DNA of 64,000 bases from Lacisediminihabitans sp. (GTDB lineage: Bacteria; Actinomycetota; Actinomycetes; Actinomycetales; Microbacteriaceae): the NCBI GenBank assembly GCA_035571875.1, contig DATNBR010000027.1, positions 3,780 to 67,779 of the forward strand, read 5' to 3'. Below the pieces are notes generated by a model that made no database searches, had not been told where the DNA came from, and saw nothing but the letters and a program-made list of their open reading frames with translations. Position 1 is the stretch's first letter. The number at the start of each line of letters is the position of its first letter. Shown piece by piece: positions 8,124 to 16,030 of this stretch. The position numbers were made by a program, and so were the translations under genes.

Positions 8124-9080
8124 ATGGCCTCCAAGATTCTGCTCGACTGCGACCCCGGGCTCGACGACGCGCTCGCGCTGCTCCTCGCCCACGGCGACCC
8201 CGACCTCGAGCTCGTCGGTGTCACGACAGTCGGTGGCAACGTCACCCTCGAGCACACGAGTCGCAATGCGCTCGAGCTGCGGGAGTACCTGGGCTTCACG
8301 AGCGTTCCGATCGCGGCCGGAGCTGGTGGACCGATCGTTCCCGAGACCGCGTCGGCCGTGCGCGAGGCGCGGGACGCCGCCCAGGTGCATGGAGAGCGCG
8401 GGCTCGGCGATGTTGTGCTCCCGGCCGCAACGCTTCCCCTGAGCGGCAGGCACGCGGTCGACTTCATCATCGACACAATCCGCGACGCCCCCGGCGCGAT
8501 CGACCTGGTGGCGACGGGCCCGCTCACCAACGTCGCTCTTGCCCTCCGCAAAGATCCCGGCATCGCGGCGCTCGTGAAGTCCTTCGTCATCATGGGTGGT
8601 TCCTTTACCCGCGGCAACGCGACGCCGGCCGCCGAGTTCAACATCTATGCCGACCCGGAGGCGGCGAGCATCGTGTTCAACGCCGGCTGGCAGGTGGTCA
8701 TGGTCGGGCTCGACCTCACGCTGCAGGCCATCGCCACCGCCGAGGTCATCCAGCGGATGGGCGCACTAGGCTCCCTGGGCACCGAACTCATCGTGCCGCT
8801 GTCGACCTTCTGGACCGATCCGAACGACCCGGACTGGCAGGGCCAGGCGGTGCACGACGTCTGTGCCGTCGCCTACGTGGCCCATCCCGAGCTCTTCACT
8901 TCACGGCACGCGAGAGTGGATGTCGAGACCGCCGGCACCTTCACCGACGGCATGACCGTGGTTGACTTCGCTTCGCCCGCGCCGAACGCTCTCGTTCCGG
9001 TGACCCTCGACGTGGGCGGATTCTGGGACTACGTAGAAGGCGTGTACGCGCTCGTCGCCGCCGCTCATCCGCATGCCTGA
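8124..9080 (+). CDS. Nucleoside hydrolase (inosine/uridine-preferring, IUNH family)
   Basis: 318 aa. N-terminal signature ILLDCDPGLDDALALLLA (the DxDxxxDD Ca-binding motif). Confidence 0.9.
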   Translation: MASKILLDCDPGLDDALALLLAHGDPDLELVGVTTVGGNVTLEHTSRNALELREYLGFTSVPIAAGAGGPIVPETASAVREARDAAQVHGERGLGDVVLPAATLPLSGRHAVDFIIDTIRDAPGAIDLVATGPLTNVALALRKDPGIAALVKSFVIMGGSFTRGNATPAAEFNIYADPEAASIVFNAGWQVVMVGLDLTLQAIATAEVIQRMGALGSLGTELIVPLSTFWTDPNDPDWQGQAVHDVCAVAYVAHPELFTSRHARVDVETAGTFTDGMTVVDFASPAPNALVPVTLDVGGFWDYVEGVYALVAAAHPHA

Positions 9081-11589
9081 ATCGCTGCTCGATCGCTTGC
9101 CCGACGGCACGGATCCGGATGCGGTCTACTCCGCCTTCGTCGAGTGGGCGACCGCCCAGGGCCTGTCGCTCTACCCGGCGCAGGACGAGGCGCTCATCGA
9201 GATCGTCTCCGGTGCCAATCTGATCCTCAGCACCCCGACCGGCACGGGCAAATCGCTCGTCGCGGTCGGTGCACACTTCGCCGCGCTCGCCGCGGGCAAG
9301 CGGAGTTTCTACACCGCGCCGATCAAAGCGCTCGTCTCGGAGAAGTTCTTCGCCCTCGTCGACGTGTTCGGCGCGGACAACGTCGGCATGGTCACCGGCG
9401 ATTCGAGCGTCAACGCGGATGCGCCGATCATCTGCTGCACCGCCGAAATCCTCGCGAACATCGCCCTGCGGCACGGAGCGGACTCACCCGTCGACCAGGT
9501 CGTGATGGACGAGTTCCACTTCTACTCCGAGCCAGATCGCGGCTGGGCCTGGCAGGTGCCGCTGCTGACGCTGCCGCGGGCGCAGTTCATCCTGATGTCT
9601 GCGACCCTCGGCGACGTCGACTGGCTCGCCACAGACCTGAGCGAGCGCAACGGGCGGGAGACCGCGGTCGTGGTCGGTGTCGACCGCCCGGTGCCGTTGC
9701 ACTTCGAATACGTGACGACCCCGGTGCACGAGACCGTCGAGGACCTGCTGGCGACCGATCGCGCGCCCGTCTATATCGTGCACTTCTCCCAGCTCGCCGC
9801 GCTCGAGCGCGCCCAGGCGCTGACGAGCGTGAAGGTCGCCACTCGCGAGCAACGGGACGAGATCGCGGCCGAGATCGGCGGATTCCGCTTCACCACGAAC
9901 TTCGGCCGCACGCTGTCGAGACTCCTTCGCTCCGGCATCGGCGTGCACCACGCGGGCATGCTGCCGAAGTATCGGCGCCTGGTCGAGCAACTCGCCCAGC
10001 GCGGACTGCTGAGGGTGATCTGCGGAACCGACACGCTCGGAGTCGGAATCAACGTGCCCATCCGCACCGTGCTGCTCACCGCTCTCACCAAGTTCGACGG
10101 CACCAAGATGCGTCAGCTCAGCGCGCGCGAGTTCCACCAGATCGCCGGACGTGCCGGTCGCGCGGGCTACGACACCGCCGGCACCGTGGTGGTGCAGGCG
10201 CCGGAGCACGAGACCGAGAACGCCCGCCTGCTCGCCAAGGCGGGCGACGACCCCAAGAAGCTCAAGCGGATCGTGAAGAAGCGCGCTCCGGACGGTTTCG
10301 TCTCCTGGGGCGAGCCGAGCTTCAACCGCCTCGTGGCCGCGCAGCCCGAGACCCTCACCTCCAGCATGCGGATGACCCACTCGATGCTGCTCAACATCAT
10401 AGGGCGCGGCGGAGACGCCTTCGCCGAAGCGAGGGAACTCATCGAGAACAACCACGAGCCGCGGCCCCGGCAACTCGAACTCGCGCGGCAGGCGCTCGCG
10501 ATCTATCGAACCCTCCGCACGGCGGAGATCGTGCAGCAGTCCGCGGACGGCCGCATCTCCCTCACCGTCGACCTGCAGCCGAACTTCGCGCTCAACCAGC
10601 CGCTGTCGCCCTTTGCGCTCGCGGTCTTCGACCTCATCCAGCCCGCTGAGGGCACTGAGCCGTCGCCGAGCTACGCGCTCGACATCATCTCGGTGCTCGA
10701 GGCCACCCTCGATGATCCGCGACCCGTGCTCTCTGCCCAGCAGTTCCTGGCCAGGGGCGAGGCGGTCGCCGCGATGAAGGCCGAGGGCATCGAGTACGAC
10801 GAGCGCATGGAACTTCTCGAGCAGGTGACGCATCCGAAACCCCTCGAAGAATTGCTCGAGGCTGCTTTCTCCACCTATCGCGCCTCGCAGCCGTGGGTGG
10901 GTGACTTCGAGCTCAGCCCCAAGTCGGTCGTTCGCGACATGTACGAGCGGGCGATGACGTTCAACGACTACATCGGCTTCTACAAGCTGAACCGTTCGGA
11001 GGGCCTCGTGCTGCGGTACCTCTCGGATGCGTATCGCGCGGCGCGGCAGACCATTCCCGATGAGGCGAAGACCGAGGAGTTGCTCGACCTCATCGAGTGG
11101 CTGGGCGAACTCGTGCGCCAGGTCGACTCGAGCCTGCTTGACGAGTGGGAAGAGCTCACCAATCCCGCGGCCGTGCTGGAGGGCACCGAAGCGCCTGTGC
11201 TGCCGCCGGCTCCGCACGGGGTCACCACGAACCAGCGGGCGTTCCGCACCCTGGTGCGCAACGAGCTGTTCCGGCGCGTGCAACTGGCGGCCCTCGAAAA
11301 GTATGAGGAGCTCGGCGAGCTGGATGCGGCATCCGGGTTCACCGCGGAGGCCTGGGCCGATGCCATGGACCCGTACTTCGCGGAATACGACAGCCTCGGC
11401 ACCGACGCGGATGCCCGCAGCTCGGCGATGCTCATCATCGAGCCGGGCACTGCGGTGTGGACGGTGCGGCAGATCTTCGCGGACCCCGCCGGTGACCACG
11501 ACTGGGGCATCAGCGGCACGGTCGACCTCGCGGAGTCGGACGAGGCGGGCGAGGCCGTGCTGCGCGTGACGGCGGTCGACCGGCTGTGA
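9073..11589 (+). CDS. DEAD/DEAH-box (Ski2-like) helicase with a long C-terminal DUF3516-type region
   Basis: 838 aa. Walker A STPTGTGKS, DEFH box (VVMDEFHF), SAT, motif VI QIAGRAGRAG. The ATG at 9073 overlaps the hydrolase stop by 8 nt. Confidence 0.85.
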   Translation: MPESLLDRLPDGTDPDAVYSAFVEWATAQGLSLYPAQDEALIEIVSGANLILSTPTGTGKSLVAVGAHFAALAAGKRSFYTAPIKALVSEKFFALVDVFGADNVGMVTGDSSVNADAPIICCTAEILANIALRHGADSPVDQVVMDEFHFYSEPDRGWAWQVPLLTLPRAQFILMSATLGDVDWLATDLSERNGRETAVVVGVDRPVPLHFEYVTTPVHETVEDLLATDRAPVYIVHFSQLAALERAQALTSVKVATREQRDEIAAEIGGFRFTTNFGRTLSRLLRSGIGVHHAGMLPKYRRLVEQLAQRGLLRVICGTDTLGVGINVPIRTVLLTALTKFDGTKMRQLSAREFHQIAGRAGRAGYDTAGTVVVQAPEHETENARLLAKAGDDPKKLKRIVKKRAPDGFVSWGEPSFNRLVAAQPETLTSSMRMTHSMLLNIIGRGGDAFAEARELIENNHEPRPRQLELARQALAIYRTLRTAEIVQQSADGRISLTVDLQPNFALNQPLSPFALAVFDLIQPAEGTEPSPSYALDIISVLEATLDDPRPVLSAQQFLARGEAVAAMKAEGIEYDERMELLEQVTHPKPLEELLEAAFSTYRASQPWVGDFELSPKSVVRDMYERAMTFNDYIGFYKLNRSEGLVLRYLSDAYRAARQTIPDEAKTEELLDLIEWLGELVRQVDSSLLDEWEELTNPAAVLEGTEAPVLPPAPHGVTTNQRAFRTLVRNELFRRVQLAALEKYEELGELDAASGFTAEAWADAMDPYFAEYDSLGTDADARSSAMLIIEPGTAVWTVRQIFADPAGDHDWGISGTVDLAESDEAGEAVLRVTAVDRL

Positions 11590-11603
11590 GCCGCGGTCGC
11601 GAC

Positions 11604-11987
11604 CTAGGGAATCAGTAGCGTCAGCAGGGCGAAGACGACCGCGATCACGAGCGAGAGGACGAGGATCAGAATCGCCTTCTTCTGGTCGGTGCGACGATAG
11701 GCGGCCTGTTCGATCGTGTCGGTGTGACGAGTGTCGTCACCGAAGTTGAAGACCCCGCGCATCGCGAAGCCGGCGCAGAAGTGCATGCCGGCCTGCAGAA
11801 ACCCCATGGCCGCTCCCGCGGCAGGCAGGATGAGGATGAGGCGCCACAGCGCAGCGATCGGCAGCACCAGGAACAGCACGAGGAGCACCACTGTGACCGC
11901 CGCGGCGACGAGGCCGGAATTGCGGCGACTGCGGATCTCGGCCGCACCGATGTTGCAGACCCCTGGCACGTACTCGTTCGTCGTCAT
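11604..11987 (-). CDS. Hypothetical small membrane protein (3 predicted TM helices)
   Basis: 127 aa with hydrophobic segments separated by charged loops. No family recognised. Confidence 0.5.
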   Translation of the reverse strand: MTTNEYVPGVCNIGAAEIRSRRNSGLVAAAVTVVLLVLFLVLPIAALWRLILILPAAGAAMGFLQAGMHFCAGFAMRGVFNFGDDTRHTDTIEQAAYRRTDQKKAILILVLSLVIAVVFALLTLLIP

Positions 11988-12020
11988 GAGTGCGATCGTA
12001 CGCTGCCACCGGCGCGGCGC

Positions 12021-12608
12021 TTAATCGTGCGCGGCGAGCCTCTCGCGCAGGCCCAACCGCACCGTGGGCCATTCGCTCGCGATGATCGAGAACACCACGG
12101 TGTCTCGTAGCGCGCCGTCGGTTCCGATGGAGTGGCTGCGCAGCACGCCGTCCTGCTTGGCTCCGAGTTCGGCGATCGCCCTGCGCGATTGCAGGTTGTG
12201 CCAATGGGTGCGGAATTCCACGGCGATGCAGTCGAGCACCTCGAAGGCATGGCCGAGCAACAACAGCTTCGCCTCGGTGTTGATGCCGGTGCGCTGCGCG
12301 CTGGGGGTGAGCCAGGTCGAGCCGATCTCGAGGCGCCGGTTTGCGGCATCCAGGTTCATGAAGGTCGTCATGCCGACCGCGTCACCGGTGTCGTTGCGGC
12401 GAATGGTGAAGGGCAGCATGCTTCCCGCATCGAGCAGGGCGAGTCTGCGTTCGATCTCGGCGGGCAATCCCTGTGGGGTCGGGATGTGCGTGTACCAGAG
12501 CTGACCGAGGCCCTCGGCGGCGTCGCTGAGTTCGCTCGCGTGCTCCGTCGAGAGCGGTTCGAGCGTGATCTTCGAGCCGACGAGTGTGGGAACTGTACCG
12601 AAATCCAT
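12021..12608 (-). CDS. GNAT family N-acetyltransferase (RimJ/RimL-like)
   Basis: 195 aa. LEPLSTEHASEL... and a C-terminal HNLQSRRAIAELGAKQDGVLR segment typical of the Acetyltransf_3 type. Confidence 0.8.
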   Translation of the reverse strand: MDFGTVPTLVGSKITLEPLSTEHASELSDAAEGLGQLWYTHIPTPQGLPAEIERRLALLDAGSMLPFTIRRNDTGDAVGMTTFMNLDAANRRLEIGSTWLTPSAQRTGINTEAKLLLLGHAFEVLDCIAVEFRTHWHNLQSRRAIAELGAKQDGVLRSHSIGTDGALRDTVVFSIIASEWPTVRLGLRERLAAHD

Positions 12609-12650
12609 GTCAAGACTGTATGGCGTACCGGACGGTGTTACGCGATCGCT

Positions 12651-12914
12651 TCAGCGCGCGATCTCGAGGTAGCTGAGTCCGCGCAGGTCGAGCCAGACCC
12701 GATCGCCGTTGTCGACGAGCTTCAGCAGCACCTCATCGCAACCGCGACAGCGCACGACGAGGCCGGGGGCTCGGTCGTAGAGCGCGGTCTCCGCGAGCAC
12801 GCAGACTCTGCCGCAGTGATCGCACCGACCGGAGGCCGCGGTCACGTCCATTGCGAAGAGTTCGAGCAGCGCACCCGCCGCTGCATTGCCGTCGAGCGCG
12901 CGCGTCTCGGTCAT
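12651..12914 (-). CDS. Small Cys-rich protein, DUF6510-like (CxxC-x21-CxxC)
   Basis: 87 aa. LDGNAAAGALLELF...GRCDHCGRVCVLAETALYDRAPGLVVRCRGCDEVL. Its ATG overlaps the stop of the upstream reductase (ATGA at 12911..12914). Confidence 0.7.
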   Translation of the reverse strand: MTETRALDGNAAAGALLELFAMDVTAASGRCDHCGRVCVLAETALYDRAPGLVVRCRGCDEVLLKLVDNGDRVWLDLRGLSYLEIAR

Positions 12915-13642
12915 GGCGAGACTCCTATTCCGCCGAAGCGTTCGGTTCTGATTCTCTCTGGGGCGTGTCCGGCGTCGACGAGCCAGTCGGCGACGGCCTC
13001 GACGAAGGGTGTCGAGCCGCAGACGAAGAAGGTGGCGGCCTCCGAGGGTGGGAAGACGCTGGCTTCGATCGTCGCCTGATCGAGGCGGGCGGGGGGAGCG
13101 GGCCAGCCCGGCGGCGTCGCGCGGGAGAAGGCATGGCGCACCTCGAGGTGGGCGTCATCCGCGGCGCGTTGCCTCAGTTCGTCGTAGTACAGGGCGGATG
13201 CGGGGGACCGCACCGAGTGCAGCAGACGGAACGGGGCGGTGCTGCCCGCGTCGCCGTGCGAGCGGATCATCGACATGAGTGGCACGACGCCGGAGCCGCC
13301 GCCGATCAACTGCACGGGGCCGTCGTCGTCGCCGCGCCAGACGAACCAGCCTCCCGCTGGACCTCGAATTTCGAGGCGATCGCCGATCTCGGCGACATCG
13401 ACGAGGTAGGGCGAGACTTCGCCGTCAACGAGGCGGTCGACGGTGATGTCGAGTCGAGCGGAGCTCGCGGAGGATGCGATCGAGTACGAGCGCACCGCGG
13501 TGTAGCCGTCCTCTGCGGTGAGCCGAACGTCGACGTGCTGGCCCGCCCGGTGGCCCGGCCATCCCTCGACCTCGAGGGTGAGGGTGCGAGCGCCCGGGGT
13601 CTCCGGGTGCGCCGCGACGATGGTTGCCGGTGAGAAGCTCAC
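12911..13642 (-). CDS. FNR-like FAD/NAD(P)H oxidoreductase (ferredoxin-reductase type, no Fe-S domain)
   Basis: RSYSIAS (RxYS FAD motif), GGGSGVVPLMSM (NAD(P)H motif), C-terminal FVCGSTPF. I place the start at GTG 13642 (VSFSPATIV...), overlapping the upstream stop as GTGA. The track ORF extends to 13744 inside the upstream gene. Confidence 0.8.
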   Translation of the reverse strand: MSFSPATIVAAHPETPGARTLTLEVEGWPGHRAGQHVDVRLTAEDGYTAVRSYSIASSASSARLDITVDRLVDGEVSPYLVDVAEIGDRLEIRGPAGGWFVWRGDDDGPVQLIGGGSGVVPLMSMIRSHGDAGSTAPFRLLHSVRSPASALYYDELRQRAADDAHLEVRHAFSRATPPGWPAPPARLDQATIEASVFPPSEAATFFVCGSTPFVEAVADWLVDAGHAPERIRTERFGGIGVSP

Positions 13643-14232
13643 CAGTAGCGCTGTTCGAGCCAGGGGTCGCCGTACATGTGGTAGCCGTTCTGCTCCCAGA
13701 ATCCGGGTTCGTCGTTCTCCATCATGCGGATGCCGCGCACCCACTTCGCGCTCTTCCAGAAGTAGAGGTGCGGCACGAGCATGCGGGCCGGTCCGCCGTG
13801 TTCGGGCTCGAGTTCGTCACCGTCGAATTCGAAGGCCACCCACGCCTTGCCACCGAGCAGGTCCTCGAGCGGAACGTTGGTCGTGTAGCCGCCGTAGGAA
13901 TAGGTCATCGTGAAGTCGGCACTGGTGTCGACATCCGCGAAGAGGATGTCGAGCGAGACGCCGCGCCAGCCGGTGCCGAGTTTCGACCAGCTGGTGACGC
14001 AGTGGATGTCGGTGGTGACGTCTTCGGCCGGCAGTGCGCGGAATTGTTCCCAGTTCCAGGCGTGGACGACGCCGGTCTCCGTCGTGATGCTGAAGGCCCA
14101 TTCGTTATCGTCGATGCGCGGCGTTGGACCCGCGGAGAGCACCGGGAAGCTCTCGGTGAGGTACTGGCCGGGCGGCAGAGCCGGATCGTCCGAGCGCGCG
14201 CGACCGGAGAAACCCGATGAAAAGAATCCCAT
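13639..14232 (-). CDS. Molybdopterin-dependent oxidoreductase domain protein (sulfite-oxidase/YedY-MsrP fold), no signal peptide
   Basis: 197 aa. IHCVTSWS (Mo-ligand Cys context) and GGPARMLVPHLYFWKSAKWVRGI. The N-terminus has no Tat or Sec signal. Confidence 0.85.
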   Translation of the reverse strand: MGFFSSGFSGRARSDDPALPPGQYLTESFPVLSAGPTPRIDDNEWAFSITTETGVVHAWNWEQFRALPAEDVTTDIHCVTSWSKLGTGWRGVSLDILFADVDTSADFTMTYSYGGYTTNVPLEDLLGGKAWVAFEFDGDELEPEHGGPARMLVPHLYFWKSAKWVRGIRMMENDEPGFWEQNGYHMYGDPWLEQRYW

Positions 14233-14341
14233 GTGTTGGCCTCCTGGGGCCCGTGTGCGTCTGGACCGTCGAACCGAGCGTTAGCGCGATGCTACTCGCG
14301 GTGGCCAGTCGGGGTCGAGAGGAAACGAGTCGTGTGGGACC

Positions 14342-14474
14342 CTGTGGGTTGAGTAGCGAGGGACGAGCGTATCGAAACCTTCTCTCGCGACGTTGCCGGT
14401 TTCGATACGGCCGCGGGCGGCCTACTCAACCCACAGAGGCGGGTTGAGTAGCGAGGAACGAGCGTATCGAAACC
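14342..14474. repeat. Cluster of three REP-like repeat units (direct, inverted, direct)
   Basis: Unit 14346..14379 is GGGTTGAGTAGCGAGGGACGAGCGTATCGAAACC. The inverted unit 14398..14432 is GGTTTCGATACGGCCGCGGGCGGCCTACTCAACCC. Unit 14441..14474 is GGGTTGAGTAGCGAGGAACGAGCGTATCGAAACC. The termini are conserved (GGTYTCGATACG ... CTACTCAACCC) and the cores vary. Confidence 0.85.
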
Positions 14475-14581
14475 CCGTCCGCGCCACCGCACCTCGCCGT
14501 GGTCACGCGCGCAGGCGCACCTCGGGCTCTGTCGTGTATTCGTGCCCACTGGGTGAGATCCAGGTGAGTGCGCCCGGTGGT

Positions 14582-15799
14582 TCATTCCCCGAGTGATTGT
14601 GCTGCACTCGCCCATCCGCTGTTGTGTTTGAGCCGGTGATGGCTGCGGCAGAGGTGGGCGAGATTGTCGTGCCGGGTTTCACCGCCGAATGCCCAGTCGT
14701 CCGTGTGGTCGAGGTCACACTGGAACGCGGTACGGGAGCATCCGGGGAATCGGCAGGTGCTGTCGCGCAGCCGTAGCCAGTTCTTGAGGTCGTGCGGCAC
14801 GCGGTAGCTGTCTTTGCCGACGGAGAGCACGGCGCCGGTTTCCGGATGCGTCAGCAGTCGGATGAAGCTGGGCGCGTGGGCGGCAAGCTCACGTGCTGTC
14901 TCCGCGTCGATGGGGCCGTAGCCGTCGAGGGTCGCGGGTTCGTCGGAGCGGCCGAGCAGCGTCATCGCCGGAACGGTGACGTACACGGTGGGCCGGATGC
15001 CATGAGGGCCTTCGAGGGCAGGTTCGCCGTCGATGAGGAGGTCTCGGAACGCGTCCACCCTGGCCTGCGCCAGCGTGCGCACGGGCAGGGGAGAGTCGTC
15101 GGGGAGAGTCTTGTCCGCCGCGCGCAGGCAGCCGGCGATCTCGGTGAGCCGGTTGAACCCCGCGAGGGCGTCTGCGGCGGGGAGGTAGGCGCTGAGCCAC
15201 GCCATGCCGTCGCGCGCGGGCATGAATGTCACTTCGCGGTAGGTCACCGCCCGCTCACGCCGTTCGGCAATAGATTCTGGGTTGCTTTGCTCGCGCAGGC
15301 GGCGGAGCTTGCGTTCGAATGTCGCGACGGTGAGGTTGCGAGCGAATGGCAGCGCTGCGGTCTCGAGTGCGGCAGCGGCATCCGCATCAAGCCCAGCAAC
15401 GCTGTCGACGAGCGCTTCGGCGTGCCGGTAGCTGATCTCGCCGGCCTTCAGCGCGCGTAGCGTCGCACGCAATTGGTGGGTGAGGCTGTGTGCCGTTGCG
15501 AGTTGATTCTCGGCGGTGCGCTCGGGGATTCGCAGTGCGCAGGCGATCTCAGCCCTGAGCGACCGCCACCGCATCGACTGGGACGGATTGAGAGTCGGGT
15601 CGTCGGCGGGCGACATCTGGTCTTGCAGATCGCTTAACACAATGGCTTCGTTGAGCAGTTCTGCCCGCATCGCGGTGAGCCCGGCGATCATCCGTTCGAC
15701 ATTCACGACGGCGTCGACGATGTCGGTAACCGTGTCGGCAACGACGGCGTGCAGCGAGGGCTGCACCTCGTCGATCGTCGCGTCGATCTCGGTTTCCAT
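14582..15799 (-). CDS. HNH endonuclease with DUF222 N-terminal domain (13E12-repeat-type protein)
   Basis: 405 aa. C-terminal HNH signature CRFPGCSRTAFQCDLDHTDDWAFGGETRHDNLAHLCRSHHRLKH. The helical N-terminal region is typical of actinobacterial DUF222 proteins. Confidence 0.85.
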   Translation of the reverse strand: METEIDATIDEVQPSLHAVVADTVTDIVDAVVNVERMIAGLTAMRAELLNEAIVLSDLQDQMSPADDPTLNPSQSMRWRSLRAEIACALRIPERTAENQLATAHSLTHQLRATLRALKAGEISYRHAEALVDSVAGLDADAAAALETAALPFARNLTVATFERKLRRLREQSNPESIAERRERAVTYREVTFMPARDGMAWLSAYLPAADALAGFNRLTEIAGCLRAADKTLPDDSPLPVRTLAQARVDAFRDLLIDGEPALEGPHGIRPTVYVTVPAMTLLGRSDEPATLDGYGPIDAETARELAAHAPSFIRLLTHPETGAVLSVGKDSYRVPHDLKNWLRLRDSTCRFPGCSRTAFQCDLDHTDDWAFGGETRHDNLAHLCRSHHRLKHNSGWASAAQSLGE

Positions 15800-15980
15800 G
15801 CTCTAACTCAACACGTGACCACCGACATTCCGGATGGCCGCGTGGCTGCCCGTGGAGAACATAGATCGGGGCTTTTGTCGCGTGAGCTGTGGCCAGAGGC
15901 GCGAAGAACATCTAGCTGCTCGTGCTGCACGGGTATCACTGGACGCGCATATAGAGAGCCCTTCGGGTCACAGCTACGAG

Positions 15981-16022
15981 GGTCTCGATACGGCTGCTCC
16001 TTCGTCGCGGCCTACTCGGCCC
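15981..16022. repeat. Fourth copy of the REP-like unit (GGTCTCGATACGGC...GCGGCCTACTCGGCCC)
   Basis: Shares both termini with the 14398..14432 unit and has a longer variable core. Lies on the other side of the HNH gene. Confidence 0.6.
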
Positions 16023-16030
16023 GCGGATCG

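Noticed and set aside
9484-11499. 671-aa antisense ORF inside the helicase gene; similar long antisense or out-of-frame ORFs at 28039-29745, 29906-31669, 19932-22049, 22248-23885, 15749-17365, 53708-55648 and 56971-58479
   Set aside because: Each overlaps a confidently identified gene on the opposite strand or in another frame and has no recognisable motifs. These are GC-driven open frames.
14346-14474. Possible CRISPR array
   Set aside because: There are only three units, the middle one is inverted, the spacers are 18 and 8 nt, and there are no cas genes. This is a REP/MITE-like repeat cluster.
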